DNA of 64,000 bases from Eledone cirrhosa (Eukaryota). A model generated the notes under the pieces. It was not told where the DNA came from. It ran no database searches and was given only the letters and a program-made list of their open reading frames with translations. The position numbers were made by a program, and so were the translations under genes. The DNA is taken from positions 163,184,001 through 163,248,000 of the forward strand of contig OZ024740.1 of NCBI GenBank assembly GCA_964016885.1, given 5' to 3'. Position 1 is the stretch's first letter. Each line of letters begins with the position of its first letter. This document shows, one piece after another, positions 1 to 11,927 of this stretch.

Positions 1-392
1 ATGATATATTGGCCAAAAGGTGTTGATTCTCCACTACTCAGTTGATATATCACCAATTTATATCACTAAAATATATACAGTTGAGAGCTCTGTGACAAAA
101 TTATATCTGAAGGTTTATAATTACATAACAGATACCATGGAAATATGTATTACAGTTATTACATAATAAATAAATTGTGATGAAGTATAACCTTATTGCC
201 TCCTAGTTCATTATTATACCAATGCTCCATCATACACACCTGCATGAACCCATATCACACTAGGAAATGTATACTGACACCAGTGTTTATTGATCGATGT
301 TTGCCCTACAAAACTAGTAACTGATTAATTAGCACAAGGTAACCACAACTACATACACACACACACACATATACATATATATATATATATAA

Positions 393-660
393 TCTAATGT
401 CTGCTTTTTCAACTAGAAAGGATTGGATAGGTCTTCACAGACCAAGTCAATACTGAAGTGGGTTTGCTGACCTCCCAAAGAGGCTAGGTATCTGCATATC
501 ACTTACATAAGGCCCCAAGTTCTACTAAGTGCATTTTATCATGGCACCAGTACTATGGAAGTTGTCACATCATTGCCATGGTTTCTACAATTGGATGCCC
601 TTCCTAACACCAAACACTTCACAGCACACACCAAGTTCATTTTCTCATGGCACCACCACA
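393..660 (-). mobile_element. Degraded RTE LINE 3'UTR fragment
   Basis: Contains GGATGCCCTTCCTAACACCAA and CATGGCACCA motifs shared with the reverse complement of the RTE 3'UTR at 26774-27065; sits next to (CA)n/(TA)n. Confidence 0.55.
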
Positions 661-689
661 TATATATAGAATGAATCTCCACTGGTTTC

Positions 690-985
690 AACAATGAATC
701 CTCCAGTTGTTTAATCAATGGAACAGCTTGTTCATGAAATTAATGTACAAATTGTTGAGCATTCCACAGATGTGTACCATTAATGTAATTCTCAGGGAGA
801 TTTAGCATAACACAATATATGACAAGACTGGCCTTTTGAATTACAGGTACAGTCCACTCAACAGGCTTCTAAACAATTTCCATTGCCCAATTTCACTCAC
901 AAGGAATAGGTAAACTTGAGGCTATAGTGAATGAGTCTTGCCCAAGATGTCACACAGTAAGTCAAACTATAAAGTAGGAAAGAAA
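690..985 (-). mobile_element. Old CORE-type SINE
   Basis: Tail (...GTACCATTAATGTAATTCTCAGGGAGATTTAGC...TTTGAATTACAGGTAC) plus CTTGCCCAAG CORE-like block; homologous copies at 6225, 19565, 57850 and 60170. Confidence 0.6.
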
Positions 986-1728
986 CTTGTATTTGTCTTT
1001 CATGTAAAGTACATCAAACAAGGTTGTGTACTCAGTTCACATGCAATACACATTGGTAAAATTGAATACTGTGGCCATTAGTCCAATATTTTAACTGTCC
1101 ATCCATTGAGCCTTCACATTTAAATGAACCCTCTAGCTACCATTATCAACTCCCCAACCTCCATTTCTCCTTGATTAAATACGTATAGAAAACGTTTTGT
1201 ACTTGATTAAAATTATATCAAAATATCATTTACTATATGTCGTGAGGTATGAGAAACCTGCTGGGAAATCTCTGTACATTTTTCTTCTTATATCAGTCGA
1301 TACCCTGAACATAAAGTTGTTAGAGCTAATCTGGTTCAGCTTAAGTATTATTTGACCTGTATATACTATAGATTCCAACTACTTCCTACTAACATACATT
1401 TCCACTATCCTCAATTTGAACGTAGTGTTATTACAACATGGTTATCACATATGCCTGCAACAGCCAATAACTCTAATATGTAAATGCTAGAAGTCAAGCA
1501 CAGCCTTGCCTGGGTTTAATAATACCTAGAATAATAATCATATGAATTTATAATATTTTAGACAAATTACTTTAAAAATAAGCTGGAAAATTTCAGTTGG
1601 TCCAGAAATGTTGATTTAATCATATTTATTACATCTAAGCCATGGTTCAATTTGAGCTTCATAAAAAATGTGCAAGAACAATATAAACAAATATAGAAGC
1701 TAAAGCAAACTTTTATTTTTACATTTTT

Positions 1729-1920
1729 TTTACCCATTTATTCCCATATTTCCAATGAAAGACACTTTCTTGGAATTTAGTAAAATTACTAACTGTTTGA
1801 AGATGAAGTTAATGTTTGGAACATTATTTAACAAAAAATTCTTAAATAGAATTTTTATGGAATATTTTAAAGTGGGCAATTTTGTATTAAAAACCATGGA
1901 GTTGGTATCGAAAGGATTAA
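1729..1920. mobile_element. TTAA/piggyBac-type MITE family B (degraded)
   Basis: CCATATTTCCAATGAAAGACAC...TTGGTATCGAAAGGATTAA; similar to 32346-32613 and 34927-35179. Confidence 0.5.
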
Positions 1921-2679
1921 ATCTTGTACTAATTTGCATAATTACTCTAAATGAATTATTTTTCTAACCAGTAACATACTCCAGTGTTTATTGCAGTGAT
2001 TAGTGGCATATTAGTTTTTCTGTCTGGACCTCAAATAGAATTTCAGAAAAGATTACATAGCCTATGGCTTTCACCTTGAAAGCAATTGTCTCTATGCAAC
2101 ATTCCAGCTACATAGATACAAAAGTGTAGCCTAAAACTTGAACATACATACATTCACCTTTTTTATATTAGTATCTATACACCACATTTCATGCAGTTCA
2201 TCTTGCAATGTATGTTGTACATCACATGTACACCACAAATATATTTTTATATATATTTCAATATCTATAAGCAAATTGTTTTTGATCCTACTCTCAAGTT
2301 TATTCAGATCTAGATTATTCAAACCATTACATTAGATATCTGTATATAATCATATAAATTAAGTATTGTCTTAAGAATTAGAGATGGCTTTGATTTCTAT
2401 TTTCTCTTTATCATAACCAATTTTAACTTCCAGACTTCTATTATACATTTTTACAAATTCTTTGTTGATTTACTCTGACTGTATGAGTTAATTATCTTTC
2501 CATCCCAAATCATATTACCTATTATTAGCATGACCTCTACTGTGATAGCATAACCTTTCCATTGGCCACATTACTTTGAATCTCATTCCTACCCAACCAT
2601 AACAAATAAAAAAAAATTGTTTGTTTTTTTTCAACAATAGAACACTAATATTGTTTCTTTAGTTGTTGTTGTAGTTCAT

Positions 2680-2870
2680 GTTATTGTTTGGCCTTTTGTC
2701 AGCTCTATGATCAAATGTATTCCAACTGTGACCATATAGTCTTTTTTTAGGGGTATTTTTTATTACATTGTCTAATATGGCCTACTCCATTTTAAGATTG
2801 TAGGGCAATGTTTGATGGAGAATTGACTGCTATTTCTAGCAACTCAAGTTATCATGTAAAGACCTACTCT
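2680..2870 (-). mobile_element. Unclassified SINE-like repeat, family A ((CAA)n tail)
   Basis: Shares TATGATCAAA..TTCCA.CTGTGACCAT and GCTATTTCTAGCA motifs with more than 10 other copies in the window. Confidence 0.6.
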
Positions 2871-3139
2871 TTATTATGATTATACCGATATGATTATACT
2901 GCTTGTGAAAAAAACATGAATTCACATTTTATTCTTCATATGAGGGTGAGGGAGGGAGATTAATTCCTTTAAGCATTTGTTTTAAGAATCTGAATACCAA
3001 CACCAACATTAACCATTTTACAAGAAAAATGGGGACGGATTCAAGACAAGTACAGAAATGAACACAACCTAGTTTTTTATGTTTCACAGATGAGACCAGC
3101 ATCTAGCAACAATTTCTAAACTATTGCTGATAAACCAGA

Positions 3140-3400
3140 CATCACCGTTTTTACATCTGCTTTCCATACTCACCAGAATAGTCCAAGACTAGATGGATCA
3201 GAGTGACTACAACCTGCTCATTATGTTCCATATTTAGCATGGTTTTTATGGCTGGATGATCTTCATAATGCCAACCACTTTACAGTACATTCTAGGTATT
3301 TTTTATGGTACCATTACTACTACTACTTTACAGGATAAACTAGGTGCTACAGAGTGCAGTAGGTGCATTTTGACGTGACACCAGCACAAGAAAGGTTGTC
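3140..3400 (-). mobile_element. Degraded RTE 3'UTR fragment
   Basis: CATCACCGTTTTTACATCTGCTTTCCAT tail and GGCTGGATG..CTT..TAATGCCAACCACTTTACAG motif. Confidence 0.55.
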
Positions 3401-3789
3401 ATATATTAAGCCAGACTGATGAGTCCTCACAAAACCTACATTATCTCTATCTGATTGCCAAACACTGTAACTTCCAGTCTCTCACCATACATGCAAATGA
3501 ATAGCAGAACAAAGAAATATGTTTGTTTATCAACTATTTTACCTTATAGCAGTCAAATGAACATATTACAACATTTGTATAAAGAAGGGATTAGTTAGGA
3601 AAACATGTTCACCAGATCATTCGTCTATGTTTTTATTATTAAGATGAGTGAGTAAAGTTTGAGCAGACTAATAATATCATCTTGTTTTTTTTTTCTTTCT
3701 TTTAATTTATCAACAATGCATAATTTCAAACAGTGTTTTTTCTAATTATCATTGTGCTGCATATATAAACACACATACTAGACAAATGA

Positions 3790-3965
3790 TAACCCCCTAC
3801 ATAGCTCAACCTGACAGAAAAAGCAGTCAAATTTCACTTACAGCAAACTCTGTTATATTTTTTTAAAATTAAGGTCACATTGGATAATATGATCTAAATA
3901 ACACTGTATCTGAAAAAATGCGATGGTCATGGCTGGAATGCATTTTGACCAGGAAATAAACAACA
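3790..3965 (+). mobile_element. Family A SINE-like repeat
   Basis: GATGGTCATGGCTGGAATGC...AAACAACAAC; reverse complement of the other family A copies. Confidence 0.55.
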
Positions 3966-5241
3966 ACTCATACAATAGGCTAAGATTGAGCTATTATTAT
4001 AATTCACATGAATCTGAACTGACTAAGTGAAGCCATATTTGGTTGTGGAGTATGTGCTGGGTTTACTGATTGTATTTTCAGTTAGTAGTATGCACACTAC
4101 TTCACTGTCACCCACTTAGCAATAAAAAAAGCCTAATAATCTGATCAATGCATCAATACTACTTTACTTTGAGCTTCTTGAATGACAATAATTATTATAC
4201 TCAGAGAAATTGAAAGCATAAGCATTGAATGGTCAAAAGACTGACAGATATTGACTTGCCTTTATCCATTCCAGTCATTGGACTGCATCCATGCTGGAGT
4301 ACTGCTTTTAAGAGTTTTAGTTGATATCAACCCCAGTACTTATTTCAGTCTGGTAATAATATTTCAGAGAGAGAGAGAGCACACATATATATGTTGTGTT
4401 GAGAGTAATATAGGATATTACATGCAGATAAATAATATTGATGTCCTACTCCCACAAATTTGTTTCTTTTTTTATCAATGTTAGAAATCTTTGTTATCAG
4501 AAATGCCAAAAATTGGGACTTTGCATGCACTAATACTACATATTTGGTAATTAACAGCTGTTAATTCCTTCAACAGAGAGTGAAAAATAGGGAGGGGGGG
4601 GGGGGGTGAGAGAGAAAATTAATGGAAGTAACTTAATTTGGTAGAACATATCAAAAATCTCACCTACTTCAGATATTTGTTATGTAAAATAAAGACTTCT
4701 AACAAATGCATGTAACTTAAACAAAGGTATTTTTTTTTCTAGTTTACATCATTAGTCTTCACAACTTGCACATGGCTCCACACTAAGCATAAATGATATT
4801 AACATTCGATAGTTTTTTTATGCTGCTTTTTTTTGTTGTTGTTTTGTTACTCTTTTCTTACAGGTGAACTTACTTGCATGTCTATATTTTGAAGACATAA
4901 ACTACAGATCTGTAATTACATTGTTGCTTACTTAGTATTCAGCAGTAAGAAAAATCTGAGGTTATTTCTATAGTAAAGTTTCTGAAGGCATCTCATACAG
5001 AATTTAAATGTAAAAACTTTAAAAATACATGAGCAGTACTGCCTCAAAAAGAATGGTTTCCAATAAATTATTTACCCTTTTTTCCAGTAACATCACTATC
5101 ATTTCATCATCATCATTTCATTTTACGTCCGCTTTTCCCTGCTTTTCACTATATATATATATACTTAAGGTAAACATTGATTCAATTCAATTCAAGCACT
5201 CAATGTACTTATTCCACATAGGAGTGACGGAGTAAATATTG

Positions 5242-5293
5242 AATAAGGAAAAGCGAAGTAGTTTCAGATGAAACTACTTCACTTTTCCTTATT
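5242..5293. repeat. Near-perfect 25-bp-arm inverted repeat (hairpin)
   Basis: AATAAGGAAAAGCGAAGTAGTTTCA-GA-TGAAACTACTTCACTTTTCCTTATT; 24 of 25 positions pair. Confidence 0.9.
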
Positions 5294-5427
5294 ATATATA
5301 TATATATATATATATATCAATCCTTGTAGATATATAATTTTTTATATATGTAATTATGTAACTACAAGAATTGATGCTTATACATTGGCCTGAAGTTCAT
5401 AGATTTATAGAATGGTTCCAGCTTGGT

Positions 5428-5830
5428 TCTTTTTGTTTAGCCCAAAGTCAATGCTCATTGAGCAGGCTATGATGAAAGGCATCCCAGTTGTGACCATTCA
5501 TCCTGTCTTTTTAAGGGGTATCTAGAACTACATTATTTACGTTGTTTTAGAAAGTGGAGTGTGATTTAAGAATGGCTTGGCTATTATATCTAGCAGATTA
5601 AGCAACCAAGCATATAGAGATTCATTCATCTATCTTTGTTGTTGATGTTAAGCTTCAGATCAGCTTTAGTAGATCTGATCTCTGATCAATGGTGTTCCAG
5701 CCAAGACCATCCAGTCTCTGAATTTAGGGCTACAGTATTAAATGTGTCCTGTTTTCAAAGCTCAAAGCAAGAAAGAAAGATTTGACTGCTATTGCAAGCA
5801 AATTGAGTGATCATCGAGAAGCTCTTTTAC
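5428..5830 (-). mobile_element. Two tandem family A SINE-like copies
   Basis: Two consecutive units, each with TTAGC..CAG.TCA...TGATGAAAGGCATCCCAG..GTGACCAT...GCTAT...CTAGCAG-like blocks. Confidence 0.6.
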
Positions 5831-6224
5831 TTAACTAGGTACATATATTAAGTAAAATAAAAATAACCCCAAAGATTTATTTCTAAAGACTGAAGAAAAT
5901 GTTTCTTGGTAACTGGCATGGAATTTACTTGTTGATATGATGCATGATTTAAACATTCACAACTATATACCCTAAATTATATGGTGGTTTCATAGACAAA
6001 TGCCAACAGGAAAAAATAGTGACGCCTTTGAAATATATATTGATTGTTTCTTTGTATATTGCCTTTATAAAAATATCAAAATCACATTTTATTTCTTGTG
6101 TATAGAATTTTTTTTTTTTTTTTCATTTGTCAGAGTCAAATGATTTTTAATTTGTACATAACAAATTAAAATATAGATATATACACATTCTCCTTTGTCG
6201 GTTTTGGATATTGAGCATCTGATA

Positions 6225-6425
6225 CTGTTCAATCAACTAATCTACTCACATGTTAAATTAATGTGTAAGTGGCTCAGTATTCCACTGATAAATCAACCTT
6301 CAATGTAATTCTCAGGCTGATTCAGCATGCCACAAAATGTGACATAGTTGGACCATTGAATTACACATACAATCCATCTGATGGGCTCACTCTTTTTTTC
6401 ACTGAAAAGGCTTGGGTCAACCCGT
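6225..6425 (-). mobile_element. CORE-type SINE tail fragment
   Basis: Homologous to 690-900; accounts for the short ORFs 6269..6481 and 6293..6499. Confidence 0.5.
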
Positions 6426-6805
6426 TTATAAAAGATGTGAACTTCAATGTCAATAGTGGCTACCCACTCTCCCTCACCTAATTCCTTCCTTTGCATCAAA
6501 CTTAATGTTCTTTTGATATACAGTATATCAGGAATAATGGATCTGGGGATTGTACCTTGATGTTTGACAAGCTACCCCTATATATCACATGTCACCCTGC
6601 TCATGGATGATCTGAAGCTAACAATAACAACTCAGTTCTCTATTCCAGTGGTGCACAATTTGGACCACTGGTGATTCACTTGGATCATATCAAAGTTTTG
6701 GTGAACCACAGCAAATTCTGTATCCATAATACATTTCCACGTGAATTTTAAGGACCACCTTCTAAAAAATATTCTGCAATCATCCCTATTCCATCACATT
6801 TTATT

Positions 6806-7049
6806 TTATTCTTTTGTACCATATTTCTAATAAATGACACTGCTTCTGGTTTTCAAATAACTTTGAAAATAATTGAGAATTTGGAGGGTTTTAATAAAAT
6901 AACTTTCCTATTGTTAAACTAATGTTTTGGATATAACTTAAAGGTTTATGAATAAAATCATGACAGAAGGTTTTTCTTGTAAATATAAAATATTTAAAAT
7001 GAGCAGTCTCCTATCATAAAAGCAGATGTTTTGGTATCAAAAGGGTTAA
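6806..7049. mobile_element. TTAA MITE family B
   Basis: Ends TTGGTATCAAAAGGG-TTAA (7045/7049); internal similarity to 32346-32613. Confidence 0.6.
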
Positions 7050-8124
7050 ATCAAATACAATTGCTAATACCATCAGCTCCAGTAAGATGTACTCTTCTTC
7101 CAACAATGACAACCTTCACTATATGCTTCAGTTAAGATCTGACAAATCAATAATACATAACGATACCAATAATGAAATAAATGCAAATATTATTTTAAAG
7201 AAAAAAAAATTCCTCAACAAGACACTACTTGAAAGATCTCACCTTTTTTCATCACTACACAAATTTCAAATCATTTTGTATATCAGAAAATATATTCACA
7301 ACATTTTTAAAAACTGCATTAAGAGAACATATTTTCTCTTTAGAGCCATGCAGTATTTGAGTTGTCTCAATACACAGCCTAAATACAGTCCATTATTGAG
7401 TAGAGCTTTCAATCACTGGATCTCTAAAACACAAACTGATTCCAAGTTATATTTTTAGCATGAAAATTGCAAATGCTTGAGCCTAGTCATACCGTATTAT
7501 CTTTATTCCTGCTCCACATAGAGTCTCCTCATTTCCATCATAATTATGAGTACATGTTTCTAAAAACACACATACATAGAAGTATAGAATTTTATGAAGA
7601 CAAGCATGAACACACACACACCATCATCATCATCATTTTACATCTACTTTCCATGCTAGCATGGGTGTGATGGATTGTCACAATATATGACTAGACTGAT
7701 CTGAGAACCATATTTTGCTCATATGTTCCATAGCTGGCATATATATACGGTGATGGTGATGGTGATATCGTATTGAGCTCTGCTGACGATCGAATTCCAA
7801 CTGTGACCATCCCCACTGAAAGTTTTCGTGAAATAGTCTTTTCAAGACTATACAGAGCATTTGTAGTTGTTCCAAATTGAAGGATGAGTATTTTAAACTT
7901 TATTTTATCATGAGTTAAGGCTCTATTGATTTTTCCCTGGATTTCACTAAATTCTGTTGGATAAATCTATATCCTGATTATTTTTGAATTGAGTTTGAAT
8001 TATTTTTCCCACATCTTACGTTAACTATTTTCCCATTTTGACGCTATAGTCACTTATATATTATGGAATACTGTTGGCTTCTCGCTACAATACTTTCTAT
8101 ACCTTTCATATATATATATATATA

Positions 8125-8523
8125 TCATCATCATCACCGTTTTACGTCCGTTCTTCCATGCTAGCATGGGTTAGACGGGTTGTTCTGTTGTGGGCAGTGT
8201 CCGGTCGGCTGACCTTGTCTTGCTCATACAGGAACTGATTCTGGCTTGATTTCTACAGCTGGATGCCCTTCCTAACACCAACCTCATTTACAGTGAGTGC
8301 TGGGTGCTTTTTTTCCGTGGCACCTACACGTCCACTTTACAGTGTGGGGTGGGTGCTTTTTTGCCGTGGCACCTCCACGACCACTTTGCAGTGGAAGGGT
8401 GCGGGGGTATATTGTCTATATGCTTCAGCTTGTACCCGTGGGGGTTCGGGTCTTCTTTATTACTGCGTGATGCCAGAGGTCACTGGCGTGTGTCATTGCT
8501 TTTGAGAGGTGTAATTGGGTAAG

Positions 8524-8527
<4 letters not shown>
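8125..8527 (-). mobile_element. 5'-truncated young RTE LINE copy (last codons plus 3'UTR)
   Basis: Close reverse-complement match to 26671-27065 including the (TGA)n tail; flanked by (TA)n on both sides. Confidence 0.9.

Positions 8528-8581
<54 letters not shown>
8528..8581. repeat. (TA)n microsatellite
   Basis: Perfect AT dinucleotide run. Confidence 0.95.
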
Positions 8582-8584
<3 letters not shown>

Positions 8585-10734
8585 GGATGGAATCTATTAT
8601 ATATATATCCAAGAAAGAAAGGAAAATACATATGGTAAAAAACTTTGCTCAAGCTCCATTATTAATATATAGATGTGTCTAGAAATTACAATCTGAGCAT
8701 TGACTCAAGGAATTTAGTATTAAAAATTAATTCCACTCAATTTTGTACCATCTGAGACTTCATAAAATATACAGAATAAGTAATGTCAGTAAAAATTCAT
8801 CCTTGTATCACAACAATTTCATGATATCACCTGAACTTTTATCGTTTCTCATCATCATTATCACTTTTACACTGACTCCTCCATGCTGGCATGCTTGGCA
8901 GGACTTTCTACAGTAATGCTTTACAGCTGGATGTACCTATCCTTGTTATATCATCATCATCATTTTACATCCACTTTTCCTTCACATATTACATATGTTT
9001 CAGTGAAGTATGTACATGCAACACTGATTCTTTGTTCCCTAATTATTATTATTGATACTCTGCTCCCCAATATCATTGAGTCCTTATCTTAGAATACCGC
9101 CTGCGAACGCAATCCAATTGCACCCTTACAACTATATATATACACACACACACACACACATACATATGCTCAAATACTAAGAAATATTACAGTCTGAGAG
9201 GTTATAGCACTGGATTTCTTGCCATTGTCTGAAAATACATCACAGACACACATTAGATTCTATTTTCAGACAAGATAGAGTATAGAGACGACAACATTAA
9301 GAAGAAGAACAAAAATGGTGTTTCTGAAAATGACACTCCTGCATCTTTTAAAGATGATTATTATCTTAATCAGTTTATTAAATTATAAAGACGAAAAAAT
9401 AATGACAAAAAATTAACTGAACTTTAACATTTAATTAATTTTAATTAAAAGATTACCTATAATATCATGAGCAAGATTTTCATAGGTTTAACCTTTGCTT
9501 ATGATATTAAGCATTTAACCTTGTCCAACAGATGTTTTAAATCTGCCCCCGCAAAAAAAATAAATACATATTCACCCACCCCTGCAAAAAAAAAAAAAAA
9601 ATACACATTCAGCATTTACAATTACTTAAATTATCACTTACATACACATCAACGATGGAATCTACAATTAATTAAATTTCTAGTTCCTATTTTAGATAGA
9701 GAATAAAAGCAGAAGCCTACTATTTTTGAACCACATTAATTTGAAGAAGCACATGAAAATCAATGAAACTACATTCTACTCAAAGAAATTCCAGAACCCA
9801 CTACTTTAATAACTCCAAGCAAAAAATTGATAGAAATGTATTTTTTCACACTAAAAATTTCTTGAAATTAGCTGCTGTTATTTCTTTTTATTACAATAAT
9901 CAAAGAAATAAGTGCTTATAATCTAGTTCTTTTTGAATCATGATGATGATGATGATGATATATATATATGTATGTGTGTATATATATCATTGCTGGCAGT
10001 AGTATAGTAGCATTTTACATTTGCTTTTCACACTGGCATGGGTTAGGTCAGGGTTTCCCAACTTGGGCGATTTCACCTGTTGGGTGAGCAATGAGCAACT
10101 GAATAGAAAATGGTGGGTGGTATAGGATTTTGAGAAGGTATTTCAACATATGCTACCCACCAAAAGTATCAAGTGATATGCAAAGAACCTGTATAAAAAA
10201 ACAAACAAAAAAAACAAAAGCAGAGGCTAAATGGGAATAACAGGATCATATTCCTAAAGATTTAACATTCCTGCAAACAAGGAACATTTTGATATTATCT
10301 ATAGTTTTGAGAAAGGTTATTTAATATTCAAATAGTTATTCAGATGAAATAATGTTTTTTTTAATATAAATCAAATGAGGGAAGACAAACAACTTTACCA
10401 GTAAATTTAAGAAGTAACCTCGGGATAAACTTGCCAACACCACCAGCACTGATTGTATTGATCACCAAGTGATTGCAAGGCTTTTGTATTTGTAGATTAT
10501 TGAAAACAGACTTTTAGAAACAATACAACTTTGTGAAAGAAAATTTTGTTATCTATTATTCCTACTATTTTCTCCATGTGTTGTATGATTTTTAAACACC
10601 CCCAATGTTTCCATTTAAGAAAATTTGTCATCAATACATCAATGATTATCTTAGGCTTATTGCTTCTCCTCAGAGCAGTCAATTACCTATGTGTCTTATG
10701 TGCAACCAGCTATGAAGCCTTCATGCTTAAGATA

Positions 10735-11061
10735 AGGGTAAAGACCCCCTTTGGTCACAAATAACCATGGGATTTGTACCTAGAAAGTTCCCCTCTGAGG
10801 CACAAGTTCAGGCAAGGTTTTTTGCGGAAGACCAGTAGTTGCCCATGCATACCAGTCTCCCCTCTCCACACCACCGATCTTATCCAAGAGAAAGGCAATG
10901 GCCGATACAGCTTGGCACCAGTGACGTCGCAACTCATTTTTACAGCTGGAGCAACGTCAAATAAAGTGTCTTGCTCAAGGACACAATGCACCACCACCCA
11001 GTCAGAGAATCAAACTCAAAACTTCCCAATTGCAAGCTCAATGCTCTAACCAGTAAGCCAT
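10735..11061 (-). mobile_element. CORE-type tRNA-derived SINE nested in the hAT element
   Basis: Minus strand: TGGCTTACTGGTTAGAGC (A-box-like), GAGTTTGATTCTC (B-box-like), then GTGTCCTTGAGCAAGACACTTTATTT..CAGCTGTAAAAATGAG (CORE-like). Confidence 0.7.
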
Positions 11062-11199
11062 TTATATTATATGACATTGTCATATTTCTTACAACGAAAA
11101 ACAGAAAACGTTGATCTCAGAATTCCAGAACGCAACTATGCAACAAGATAACAGGATGATTGCATTGTACAACATTGTGTTACTGGTCCCAAAGGCCGG

Positions 11200-11625
11200 T
11201 AAATCCCAAACTATAGGAGAAACATTACTTTGATCTGTTATTGAAGAAGTTCACACAAAATGCCAGACACAATTATGAAGATAATTCCACTTAGTAATAA
11301 CACAATTTATCAACATACAGATGAAAGCGCCACCGATGTCAAACAGAAATTCATCTATAATCTCTGGAGTTATGAATTTTCCATACAAGTTGATGAATTA
11401 ACAGTTGTGAGAAGTCAATGCTTGATGGTGGTAGACGTTCATTTTTTAAATGAAAATATTCAACCTTGTGACTTGCTGTTCACTCTTTAATTGTTGCTTA
11501 ACTCAAAAGGTACATACATTTCAGATTTATTGAAGCTATTCTTTAATGAGCACAATATTCCATTGATCTGTACATCTGATGGAGAGACTACTATGGTAGG
11601 TAGATACAGATGTATCTCTTCTCTC
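11200..11625 (+). pseudogene. hAT/Charlie transposase remnant (ZBED5/SCAND3-like family)
   Basis: Translates to TIGE..., IIPLSNNTI..., FSIQVDELT (DEST catalytic motif) and CTSDGETTMVG (TDGA motif), with frameshifts and stops. Confidence 0.8.
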
Positions 11626-11927
11626 TTAAAACTCATCATAAAAAGTCAGTTTATGAACCAGTAACAAACTTTTACCAAGCATTTTGGTATGCTTTTGAGT
11701 ATTTACTATACAGGTGGGTGGTGGAAAAATTTTCCATGTGAAAGTGGGCAATGACAAAAAAAGTTGGGAAACACTAGGTTAGATGGATTATCACAGTCTC
11801 TCCAGTTGAGTTGGAGTTGTTATGTTCTATATTTGGCATGGTTTCTATAGCTAGATGCCAACAACCTTACAGTGTCTTGAATGTATTTCATCATGGACCC
11901 TAATCTCTAAAAAGAAGGAAGGATACA

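Larger units (their letters stand above)
10049..11776 (+). mobile_element. hAT (Charlie/Buster-type) DNA transposon, internally deleted
   Basis: TIRs CAGGGTTTCCCAACTT (10049) and AAGTTGGGAAACACTA (11761-11776); 8-bp TSD GGTTAGGT/GGTTAGAT; inserted into an RTE tail remnant. Confidence 0.85.

Noticed and set aside
6269-6499. Overlapping ORFs with a vaguely RT-like WVATIDIE peptide
   Set aside because: Most of the span is a non-coding SINE tail seen elsewhere in the window; no other RT motifs support it.
7087-7458. 123-aa plus-strand ORF
   Set aside because: Low-complexity AT-rich composition with a poly-A run, no domain motif and no clear splice signals.
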